Origin: Raillietiella orientalis | Taxonomy: Eukaryota | Direction: 5' to 3' | NCBI GenBank assembly: GCA_036172245.1 | Contig: JAYWIR010000050.1 | Location: 992,001 to 1,056,000, forward strand | DNA: 64,000 nucleotides | Shown: piece by piece, positions 51,401 to 64,000 of the stretch | Layout of the letters: each line of letters starts with the position of its first letter | Numbering within the stretch: position 1 is the first letter of the stretch | The notes under the pieces: model-generated | What the model was told of the DNA's origin: nothing | Seen by the model: the letters and a program-made list of their open reading frames with translations, nothing else | The model's database searches: none | Translations under genes and position numbers: made by a program

Positions 51401-52493
51401 AATTTTATTTCAGATTTTTCTCTGGAGGAACATGCATTGGATAAAGAAGGAATTTTGTGCATTATTTTGTAGTGACTCAATTGATCAGGGAGTCAAATTC
51501 AAACAAAGTTTTTGACATAACTGCCTTGATGAGCAAAATTTAATCTGTATTAATAATGATTCTGAATTCAACAGACGCACCACTACTACCAATCAATATT
51601 CAAAGGTCTCCTAATTTAATCATTTCTGTATAATACAGATGCTGACTTGCCTTCATACATTGTTAGTAACCCTTAACAATGATTCATGCATATAAAAAAT
51701 CAAATCAAATAATTCGCAGTTAAGTAATAAAAATGGATACAAACTCATCATTTGATCTGTTACCCTATAGTGTCTTTCTAATTTTACACATGAAATGAAT
51801 AAAATGTTGTACAGAGCAGCTACATGTTTATTATTGTAAATTAAAGAGCAATCAATGGAATCACTAAATCATTTATCATACTATAATAAATAAATGCACC
51901 AACAGATCTCATTAGAAAGAAAGAAAAAAACCACTCTAAGCTGATAGAAAGGTAAAAAACAAAAAAAAATCATGTTTTTTTAAGTTCACACGATAAATTC
52001 GACTTTGTTGTTACAAATAAGATTCATTACCGTATTTTTGTCTTCCACAAAAATTATGATTCCTGCTCCGAAAATCAAGTTCATACCTTTATAAACACAT
52101 ACATTTGCTCGAATGGAACCAAAATTGCTCTGGGAACCCAATCCAAGTCTATCGGTTCCGATTATAAAAGAACCCACATGAGTTGAAAGATCGAAGTAAA
52201 CTTTCGGGGACCCCAATCTTCCTTCAATCTCTTCTGTTTCTTTTAGATGACTTTTCACCTCTAGTACATACTGGATGTATTTATCAAACTGCTGCAAGGG
52301 TGAGCTTAACCTACACAATATAAATATGAAATAGTATGGTCCACATAAGCATGATACAGTCATCTTAAACTGTTGCTGCTTACCCATCGCAACAATTATT
52401 TTGGTCTACGGTAACTTCCGATGCACTGGTAATAATTTGTGATAAATCTAAATGAAATATATTTTCAATTAATTTACAAAATTCAATTTCCAT
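45476..52493 (-). CDS. RNF123: E3 ubiquitin ligase RNF123/KPC1 (SPRY domain + C-terminal RING)
   Basis: Likely first coding exon 52493-52384 ([13 protein letters not shown], in-frame stop upstream), 52310-52087 (EGRLG...[15 protein letters not shown]), a 2.9-kb intron, then SPRY exons from 49200 ([39 protein letters not shown]), [23 protein letters not shown], and last exon 46276-45476 with [42 protein letters not shown]. Confidence 0.93.
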
Positions 52494-55400
52494 CACTTCA
52501 CATGCTTCTCAGTGTCACAACCTTGACGAATTCAATTTTTAACCAGAACTACCAAACTCTTCTTCAGTAGAGATTGAGAAAATGAAGCGGCTATTTATTT
52601 CAACAAAATAAGCAAGACACTTAAAAATTGATGTTGTTCAAACTCTTCAGATAAAAATAACTTATAAGAAAAATTATTTTATTAGAACAGCAAAACAAAA
52701 GGGAAACTGCACTGGATTTCTAAAGATATTAATAATGCAATTTGATGTCCTTTTCTTGTGGATCAACTGTAAAAAAACTAAAATTCAAAACAATGTGCAA
52801 AGGATACTTTAGTATCCTTCCGAAAAAACATATAAAATAACCACTGATTTAATTGATTTGGATTAGGATCCATCCCCTTGAAAGAAAAGGACAAAATCAT
52901 TGATATTTCACATCCTGGAAAACAATATTGAAATTTATCTACAGTCAATTTCTCCAACAGATGAAATACGTCGTCTTTGCAATGTCATTAAAACTAAGGG
53001 AATTTTTTTATTTATCTATTGCTGACATATTATAAATTTAGCATCTTTTCTTTATGAACTGCAAATTACCAGAAGTAATCTCAAACGAAATCATTCAACC
53101 ATGTTTCAAGTGCAAAGTCTATTAAATACTAAATTGATCCTTCGTTGATATATATAAAGTTTTACAGAATTCTCATTAATCAATTTTTAACCATAATTTC
53201 CAATATCTTTATTAACTGTGCAATCTACTTAATACCTTTATAAAGGAAAAGAAGAAATTGGCACTTTTGTTTCTTTCTCTTGTTCTACTCAGTGATTTTA
53301 ATAAATAAACTCATTTCATATTGGATAAAGTATCATATTTGATATCATAAGCATTGAAACAGAAGGAAAACTTTTCACAGTTTAATGTCTAAACTGTGGC
53401 TATCTTGCAGAGTCAAATCAGCTATTTTGTGCTGCTATATGATTCACTGCTTCATATCTCATTGATTTTTTTATCTGTGGCACCTGTCCGTCATCACCAC
53501 CATATTTCAAAAGTACTAAACTTATAGCAGACATAAACAAACTATTATGAAAAATAGCACACCTTCATCGATTTTTATTTCGAATTTGCACAAAGTTGGT
53601 AATGCATTTTCAAATTTCAATAAGATCTTTCTTGAAAAATCGTTTCTATTTGGAGTTCGTTGTCATTTTTGTTGGTCAAATGGCTCCACAAATTATTTGA
53701 CAATCCTGAGGAAACTACTGAAAACGTACTGCAGGCGTATTTATAAAGAAAATTGTATAAAACATTATGTATTGTTCTGCAACCTGTTTAAGATCTATAA
53801 TACCATTAATCTTGTGGATGATGACATAATACTAATAATTTGAAGTGAACTTGAGATCTCATCTGCGCTTTCCTAAATTTTAACGCTTTAGTACTTAAAT
53901 GGCCGGAGAAGCAAACCTATTGTGCAAAGGAAACTAAAAATTGAAATAGATCCACTAACAAGAAAACTTTGGGTTGATTGTATGAAATCATACCCTCAGA
54001 TGAATGAAGCAATATTGTTTTCTTTTCTTTCCATAGTTTCATTAGAATTATTTAATTGCTACCTTCGACAATAAATTAACATACTGATCGCTTTCATTTT
54101 CAGTTTTGTTTGTTTGAAATTGTAATTGGTTCCTCACGTTGCAATTTTAATGGGCTTCGTTCATTAGAAGAGTAATTTTTTGTAATGAACAATAATGCAG
54201 ACGAGAGCCAGAAAGCTTGGTTCTTCACTTATTCGTACTTTATTCATTGAATTCATTGATTTTAAAAGAATATTTCTTTCATTTATTTAGTAATCATCAA
54301 AAATCATTGCAAAAGCGCAATGATGACTGCAATGAATGATTGCACCCTTCTTAAATTTTCACGAAAGTTCTACTCTTTTTTATTTGCTCCTTGTATCGAT
54401 CGTGACAAGTTGCACCATAGAATTGTTTCTCGAAACTGTCCGTTTCATACTGTTTACCTGGAAAGTTTGTTTATCTGGATGTTTTTAGGTTTGTTTCTAT
54501 CACTGACTCTATTTCGTGGTTCTTATAAAAAATCACATAATGTTTTACATGTTTACTCCTTTCTGATTATAACGAATTCTTGATTTTAGATTCTGTGTCA
54601 GCCGTGTACAGTCAGAATGAAAATGAAGACACTCGTCTATCAAATTCTTAACATAACAGTCAAGCAAACTTCCGTTTAAAAGCCATCGTTGTGTTCCTGA
54701 AAGAAAACTGACATCCTAAGTATACCAAACTGAGGTCAAATTGAACGTCACATTTCTCAATTTCAGTTCCAATGTGTGCATTTCCCCTCACACATGAAGC
54801 TGACTACTTATACGGGAAAAGTTTGGCAATGTCCTTTGGACTGAGACAGGCTTTCTGAAAATATAAAGACCGAACAATGACTATGCAGTTTTTTTTTTTT
54901 GTCTTCCAGCCCTATACTGAATCTAAATTCTGCTTGAAATCACAAAAATTCCTACATCATTCTCACAAACTTCATATATCTGAAACTTGGAGTTCAGAAA
55001 TTTATTGAAAAGCCCTATGTATCTTCTGAGCAGTATTCCTGCAAGATCCTTCAATCATGGCGATGGAGCTGTTTCGCATCAGGAATTATAAATTAGCCAT
55101 GCATTCTTAAACGGGAAATTCCCGTCCTCCAAAGGATTACTTTATCTAACTTGACGATTTAATGAATTTTATATGATTCCTTTTTGTGTGTTCAGCAGTG
55201 ACAATGCCGAATTGTACAAATGTACTGTACAACACCACGTTGTACGCGCGCTGAGCAGTTCGTTTTCAAACATAAACTAATTATTTTGCTCAAGTTTCAG
55301 CTACGACAGTGGGCAATGGCGCATATTTCAAATAAAATACTCAACGGGCAATGAGAAGCGTATGGCTTAATAAAATTACAATTAGTTGCTCCTTTTATAA

Positions 55401-55760
55401 GCAAATAGGGCCCAAGTTGGAAACACAAAAATCATTTTGATGAATCCAACGTCTATATATCTATCAAATGGACTGCTTAAACCTGTCTAGCTTATGCCGA
55501 GAATATTTTCAATTTTAATGACGCTGAACAATCTCCTTCCACATTGAAATAATTAGTAATAATAGTCATTAAGTATCTTTACAAAGATACCTGTCTTGAC
55601 ATACTGCATTAAAAAAGTCATTATTATTATAGATTCATTACAGCATTGTTATCTTGGACAAATATTGAAAATTTGCATTGTGCTGCATCCAAACTTGCTA
55701 CAATACACAATTCCACAACATACTTTCCTTCATACATACAAATTTCTAAAAGTAAACTCC

Positions 55761-57384
55761 TCAAATCAGATTTTTTTGTGATCTGCATTTATGGAAGTAG
55801 CAGATTTGCGCACCAAATACAGCCACCAATAATGGAAGACCAACGCCTATTATCATTACAATGGACACCAGAACTGATATCTCATCACTTGGTGGCACTC
55901 CTATTCCTATCAAGAATGTCCTTAACAGCAAATGGAAAATCAATTATTTACATCTCACCATGCTGTATAATTATTAGCAGTATACCATCCATCTTCAGGT
56001 GTTCCAAATGATACATTCACACTTTGTTTCCACATATATGTTGGTAAATGATCCCCAAAATAAGCAACTAAGAGACCTTGGGTGGGCCAGTGTGTGGAAT
56101 TCAACAAGGGATAAACTTGTAAATCAGTTGAACTACTGATATCACGAGATTTGTTAAGATATGCAATAGGTTTCCACTGCATATACAGATGTGACAATGA
56201 AGAACTCAAATGAGTCATCTATAGAATAAATAAATCTATAAAAAACTGGTGCACCTCAGCATTAACTTCATACTGAGAATACACCAGGAGTAAATTCATC
56301 ATCCAAGAAATTCTGATCTTGCATAGTAAGCATTTTTGGACTTAGAAAATCCAACTCCAAAGCTATTCTTGATACAGCTGTTAGAGAAGGCAACCACAAA
56401 TCACTGAAAATTAAAGTAACAACTGAAGAGTTGCTGTTTTGCATCAGATGAGGTACTTGATTGTATCGAGCTTCTTTACTACTGTAGTGGATCTTATCTG
56501 ACAATCGTAACCACAAATAATCTTTTATTACCTCAAAAACGATTTGTCCATGACTGTTATTTGTGTGATCATCCATTGTTCCTACTAGTGAAAACTGAAC
56601 TGCATCAGTTGCATTATGCATAATGTCTACTGTCCAATTAAACATACTCAAAGCATACTCTTGGGTAACATTACACAGCAGCAGATTAGCTGAATCTAAA
56701 TAATCTTTGAAATCAATTAGCTGAAATCTAAACATTATTCATAATTCCCAAGATAGGTCTTACTTTTGTAAATTCTTTTGCATACGATGCAAAGGGCTCT
56801 TTTTCAAAATATAGTTTCTCTAATTTTGTTGGGATAGATTCTGACCACTGAATCCATAACTTTGAAGAAACATTTGTAACAGCTACTAATAAAACTGGAT
56901 TATGGGAAATATCCCATAAATAATGTATGCTGTTGTTAAGATCAGTTGCTGTTATATGAAGTAAGGAAGCTGGTTGTGAGCCATTTAACTGAGGATTTAT
57001 TTCGAAAAACAGCTAAAAAACATCATGATTTTTGTTTTTTTTAAAACAAAAACATGCTTTCTACATATGTTCATCTTGCAAAAATCGGATTTTTCCACAA
57101 GGCTCAAATTCTAAATGTAACTATCTCAGAAAAATTTTTCCAATTGTTTCAAATACAGTTAGGATTTACATTTCCTGTTGGAAGGCATGCTTAATTCATA
57201 TACTGAAACAGTTACCAAACGATCCACGTGGGAATGAAATCTCCTTGGGTGTACGACTCACCTTTCTGAGATTAATGTCACGTCCGACTTCCTGAGTGGT
57301 CAACGCTGGGCCAAGAAAGCACAACGCCAGGGCACACACAACACTCCCCCTCAGTGTTTGGCAGCTTCTGTTACCTTCACTCAT
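55761..57384 (-). CDS. GLMP: Glycosylated lysosomal membrane protein (GLMP/NCU-G1 family)
   Basis: Exon 57384-57262 with hydrophobic signal peptide; exon from 57012 LLHITATDLNNSIHYLWD; later motifs SRIALEL, LDDEFTPGVFS, YMQWKPIAY, NVSFGTPEDGWY, then a single C-terminal TM helix (GVPPSDEISVLVSIVMIIGVGLPLL). Many N-x-S/T sites. Confidence 0.85.
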
Positions 57385-57897
57385 AACTACCGTGGCTCAT
57401 GGAATGATGAACTTGCAGCACCTGCAAACACACCCACACGCCGATGTGCCGCAAAGGAGCCACCGGCTGCCACCCACCCGGCTGCCGATCGAAATTTGGG
57501 GCTGGTTCTGTCAATTCTCCCGTGAGGGGCCTCGAACCGCGGATCTCCTGGAAGGGGGCATCTCCGCGGACCACTCGTCCTCGCAGTGGCAGTCGCAAGA
57601 TCGCAAGCTGCTACAGCGGGGGGAGGCTGCGGTGCTGACGGCGGGGCGGGCGCCCAAGTCTGAAACGACGAAGGACATCGCTGACCTCGGGAGCACTCAC
57701 TGCCTCCAGGAAATGTCTCGACAGCGGAATCGATCGCGTTCGACAGTCCGGAGAAGGCACTTCCCCCTCGTAGAAGCGTTTCCACGAGCATGCAACCAGC
57801 GGTCGGGAGAATCCAACTGATTATGCTCGACTTGGTGCGTGCTTGCTTAACCTCCGAAGGAACGTATACTCGATTTCCACCCGGCTGCGGCGGGGCC

Positions 57898-58850
57898 TTT
57901 ATTTCATAAACTGATTACATAGAAAACTGTGGCTGGACCAACGGTCCAACCACGCCCAATTTCAAAGAGACCTGCCGGGTCGGTGGCACGCAGACCAGCG
58001 CGGTCCACCACGACAGCAGAAGGGAGCAGGGAAAAAAGGAAAACGATAGAAAACAAAAAATAAAAACAAATACAGTTTTGGGGGTACGGGAAGGGATCAC
58101 TGTCTGCTTGTGGCAGTCCGGTCCATCCTTTCCAGGATGTCGGCAAGGTCTAACTGCATGTTTACATCCAGGTGGGGCCATCGCGTCGCCATCCTCAGGA
58201 AGCGGACGGCGTATTCGCTGGCACCCCTATCGCTGGGTCCTCCCGTCGCATTGCTCCATGCAGCGACGATCCTGCGTAGGCAGCACAGAGCTGCAAGGGA
58301 TGCCCCTGGCCGAAGAGCGTCGCGAACGAAGAGGGGTTTTAAAGCGTCCCTGGAGTTGCCTGGGGTGGTTCCCAGGGGCGCAGCAAAGCGTTCCCAGAGG
58401 GGCCGGAGGGCAACACAATCCGCTAACAAGTGGGCGAGGGATTCCCGCTCCCCGCACCTAACACAATTAGGGTCGACAGCCCCCCGCGTCCAGTGGTGAC
58501 GGCGGGCGTTGCATAGGAGACTCCAATGCAGCACCAAAAGCGCCGATTGCTGCCATTTCATGGGGAGGGTGCGCGTGTCCATAGGCACCACGGGCCACTC
58601 CAGGTGTTCCACCGGAACATCCAGCGGCTCGCCACAGCTCAAGAGTCCCTGGGGCGGTGTACTTGTGGTCGCAGGGTCGGTGAGCTGGCCCGTAGGAACA
58701 TATACTCGAAGACGATCCTTTCCATCCAAGCTCTGTCTTTATCGCAAAAAGGTTTCCATCACAAAGCTTCGGACACCCCTACTCCTCCCCTAACTAACTT
58801 AGGTCTCCGCAGCAAAGAAAGGAGAACACTCCTCATCCGCATGATCGACG
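57898..58850 (-). mobile_element. 5'-truncated L1/Tx1-like non-LTR retrotransposon 3' end
   Basis: ORF 58097-58729 contains the CCHC zinc knuckle CVRCGERESLAHLLADC...LW; upstream LLRRPKLVRGGVGV resembles the post-RT GGLG motif; T-rich 3' UTR and AATAAA at 57903-57898. Confidence 0.75.
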
Positions 58851-59027
58851 AAGGTCGCAAAGTGCAACACACTGCTGTGCCCTTGACTTGGGCACCTTGA
58901 GTGTCGCGTAAACGCTACAAAATGATCAACTAATTCGTCCTAATCCATGTGGAATTTTTTGAATACAGAGTTTCAGAGTACTACTATTTCAGCATTCATA
59001 ATCTTTTTCCCCTCTGTACCGTGCTGA

Positions 59028-59955
59028 CCCTTTGCACTCCAGCGGCTCCTCCGAGGGGACATTCAAAGTGGCACCACAGATCCCCTGACCCCGCTGAGGG
59101 GACATGCACCGTGTTGATGCGTTGGAATGGGGGACCAGAGTTGTGCACTCCTTACATTACAGACCAAAATGTGCAACCCGCTCTTCGGCATGCAAAGCGA
59201 GTGCAAGCGAGCGCCGTGATCGTTCACAGCTTCCTGTTACAGATCACTGCCCTGCAAACATTGCCCGGTGTAAAGCTGCAGCCATGAACTCTTAACGTTT
59301 TTTTTTTTTTTCTTCCCAACAAGACTTCGACTTTTCTGGAAAAGTTGCTCTCGACTGCCATCAGTCAGTTGCCAAGCAACGTGTTTAGGACGGATAAGGA
59401 GGGAGGGGATTGTGAAAATTTCGAATTGGGTGATTGTGAAGAAGAGCTTCCTTTATACCTAGTTGACGTCAATTCAGCTGATGCTGCATCTGAAAGTAGT
59501 GCAAGTGATGATGATTCTGGAATTCGTTCTAATGATAGCGAAGTCACTGTGAAACGGCGGCGAAGAATGGGAATTATTGATCGTGAAAACTCTTTTCGGA
59601 TGAATGGGGGTCGATAGAACGGATAGCGAAAGGATAGCGAAAAGGATTCCCAAAAGGGTTCATTTTACAGTTTCGCCCAGGGTCACTGGACCACAGAGTG
59701 CATCGAACGTTGCGGAACCAATAGAATGTCTCCAGTTATTTTTCACTGAAGAGCTTGCCAAGGGGATCATCGAAGAAGAAACCAACAGCTTTGCAAAAAG
59801 AACCATCGCAGCGAAACACCTGACGGATGAACGTTTATCATTTTTTCTTTTTCCCCCTTATCAAAGCAATGCCATTGCTTTTCACATTCTCGATTGCGAA
59901 CGTGCGCCGGAGTTGCTGGTCAGCCGTGTCAACAAACGCCTGGAGTGCAAAGGGG
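59028..59955 (+). mobile_element. Internally deleted, non-autonomous piggyBac-like element (about 0.93 kb)
   Basis: 15-bp terminal inverted repeats CCCTTTGCACTCCAG (59028-59042) and CTGGAGTGCAAAGGG (59940-59954); TTAA on the right (59956-59959), degenerate CTGA on the left. Internal frameshifted acidic N-terminus and PIECLQLFFTEELAKGIIEEETNSFA, which resembles the piggyBac transposase N-terminal block. Confidence 0.85.
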
Positions 59956-60440
59956 TTAAGATTCCCTAGCGAGTTGCTTGGGTTGCCCCAATTTCGCGAG
60001 ATCTCCAAACTTGGCGACGGATGTGTTCCAACAGAACTGCATGCCAAGCCGGACCTTTTTGGGTCCCACTTGACGTAGAACTCCAATTTTTTGCTATTTA
60101 GTAAGGATTCTTAACCGAAAACGCCAACAGGCAGGTCTTGTGAATTTCACAGCAGACAAAAGGCCATAGTTTGTTCTTTGTATTTGTATAGTAGGCTATC
60201 ACACTTTTGCTATTCTTATCGGAATAGAATAAAAAAAAAAAAAGCGCACATCAGACAGGTGCATACCTCAGGAGGGAGTACAATGATTCCCTGAAATCTG
60301 TATACAAATTGTTGAATGAACAGTACACTATGTTCAATTCGGGATGGCTTAATGATTTATGGATTTCATATAGTTAATTTGGCTGAATCACTTTATTAAC
60401 ATTCTGCTAGCAGTGAATATAAACTTCTTATAAACTTTCA

Positions 60441-61942
<1,502 letters not shown>

Positions 61943-62047
61943 GGAGTGTGTATCTATGATAAATACACCCAAACTACTTAGGATTACATGATATGAATTC
62001 CCTCTTCCTGATTCACATATAGTAATGCAGGTTGTGCGAGGGATTTT

Positions 62048-62053
62048 TTTATT
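62048..62053 (-). terminator. Polyadenylation signal of TLDC1
   Basis: AATAAA about 30 nt after the stop codon at 62083. Confidence 0.65.
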
Positions 62054-62082
62054 AATCAAGATTTACAAGACATCAATGTATG

Positions 62083-64000
62083 TCAAAGAGGTGGCAAAGT
62101 CTTTTCACCAGGTGATCCAGAAGTCAAATCTTCTTCTCTCAGACCAACACTCACCATAGGTCTACTGGCTAATTCAAGCAGTGCAATACCTTCTGCATTC
62201 CTGTCCAGAATGCTGGAGCGATGATTCAAATGGACATCCTACATAAATTCTTACATTGGAGTGACAGTTTCTCTTTCCTACCTGTTTTGGAAATTCCTTG
62301 CCAACACCCCACACTTCTAATTTATCCACTGTAAATTCAGGACTTGTTGCCAACTGAGGATTAGCATAAGTAGAGCAGGATGGCATGCAACTACCAACAC
62401 CAAATTCATCACTTATCCAGAGACCAAAATGATGCAACTGTCCTCCAAATCCCATTCCATTGGGAAGCGTATGTTTTTGAGAATTCATATAAAGAAAATT
62501 TGTATTATAGCCAGTGGAGGGGAATATTGCCAAATGTGGATGAAGAGAGAATAAGAAGCAATGCGAGGAACCAAAAAAATTACTATTCAAGTCCCAGCTT
62601 TCAGAAGCAAAACCACCAAAAATATTACCGCCGTAGTCTCGAATTATGACGATAGATGGACCACAGTTTACTACATTATTCAGTAATTTGTAAAAACTCC
62701 GACCATGATGCTCACTAGAGTACAACAAGTGCCAGCAGGATTGTAAATCAGATGGGATAGAGGAGTTCAATGTTAAAATGTGGGAGGCACACAACAGATT
62801 GCTAGTTTCTAGGGTGGGCTCTTGTGCATGTAATTGTGGGAACAGGACAGGACTTTGGAAACAACTATCAGGAAATCCACATGCTACACCATACACTGCA
62901 TGGCTCAAAAGTATTAGGAGGGAAGAATTTATCAACCATTTCTCCAAAGCTTCCAAATCACATTCTTTGTTATAAAAAGGCAAGTAAAGTGCATCTTTCA
63001 CTGCCATTCCAGGAAAAAGAAGATCACGCAAGAGCATCACAGCAAAATTTTCAGTTGACTCAAGAGTATCTCCCAAAGGGCCCCATGTCTCCAAAACTTT
63101 CTTCACTAATTCCAGTTGGAAAAAACTTTGCACAAGCAGAAGCAGATACTGTAAAAAAAATAAAAATAATATACATATAGATAAATAAATACAAATTTTG
63201 CTCTCTTTGTGAAAATTGCATCTGTCAGAAACAAGAAATGCATGCATACCTTTTCATAGATCTAATCAAATGTGACTGATACAAAATAATGAGAAACAAT
63301 GACTCCATATACAGATTAATAACATTATCAATTTTAATTGAAAGCAAACAGAGTTAAAGTATTTCAATGCTGACTTATAGAAATACAAGTCAGTATCTCA
63401 CAATGCCTTGTATTAGTAAATCTTAATCTGATGAATACAGAATAATACTGAATTATCTTACTGTATTCTTTAATTCGGTAAAGCACTGAACATCGAAAGA
63501 ACACTAGATGCTTATGTTTTCAAACTAATGCAATGCAACTCAATATGAAGAACATGCATTAGTTCCAAACACAGATTTCATAAATAACAGAAACTTGGGG
63601 AAAATGATACCCCTTAAGGAATGAAATTTAGTCAAGTACTTAGATAGGAAGGATTCTGCAATACCCACTGATAAATTACCCATTCACCAGATGATCTCTA
63701 TTGTAATAATGAAAGGCTATCAACATCTTAGTCCTAAAAAAATAATTAATTACTCACATTTTTTATTTCAACAGTTGAAATATGATCTTTAAAGAAAGGA
63801 GGATTCCAATCTTGGGATGCAATTGAAATTAAGCAATGTGCCAATTCATCAACAGATCCCCTTAATAGTATGCTTGCCAGCCATGCATAATCTGAATATG
63901 ATATTGCTTGATTATTACTTTCAGTCACATGAAGGGCTAAGATAAATAAATGATGAGCTATTTCAGCAGGTACATATTTGCTGAATTCTTTCTGTGTACA
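62083..64000 (-). CDS. TLDC1: TLDc-domain protein, TLDC1/MEAK7-like (5' end beyond the window)
   Basis: Exons >64000-63758, 63148-62282, 62238-62083. TLDc motifs WHLLYSSEHHGRSF, IFGGFASESW, FFGSSHCFLFSL, LPNGMGFGGQLHHFGLWI, EVWGVG, and tail SILDRNAEGIALLEL...SVGLRE typical of TLDC1. Confidence 0.9.

Noticed and set aside
52799..52820. GTATCCTTT, a U12-type donor on the RNF123 strand after a short ATG-led frame
   Set aside because: It is half of a small palindrome (AAGGATACT-TT-AGTATCCTT); I found no U12 branch point or phase-compatible acceptor, and ATG 52493 gives a simpler start.
53994..54042. Upstream ATG exon MKLWKEKK... for RNF123
   Set aside because: Phase-compatible with an acceptor at 52448 but shows no family similarity; may be 5' UTR.
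61954..62281. TLDC1-RTCA fusion protein
   Set aside because: The available donors are phase 0 and the acceptor lies 11 nt before the RTCA ATG, so splicing is out of frame and soon hits a stop.

Overview
Eukaryotic (animal, most likely arthropod/protostome) genomic DNA with compact genes and very small introns (mostly 40-60 nt). Eight protein-coding genes can be spliced by hand: srGAP (+), NRF1/erect wing (-), WIF1/shifted (-) with an intronless COQ7 (+) nested in one of its introns, RNF123 (-), GLMP/NCU-G1 (-), RTCA (-) and a TLDc-domain TLDC1/MEAK7-like gene (-, runs off the right end). Non-genic stretches (about 1-4.2 kb, 36.5-44.7 kb, 57.9-60 kb) hold decayed L1/Tx1-like, mariner, hAT and piggyBac relics. 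Most long ORFs in the GC-rich 0-15 kb region look like shadow ORFs of low-complexity DNA. The most notable points are (1) an operon-like TLDC1-RTCA junction (polyA signal, about 93 nt, an apparently unpaired splice acceptor, then the ATG, with no visible promoter island), (2) the nested COQ7, (3) sharp CpG-rich/CpG-poor domains that track gene class, and (4) two probable GC-AG introns in srGAP. All family assignments come from recognising motifs by eye; no searches were run.
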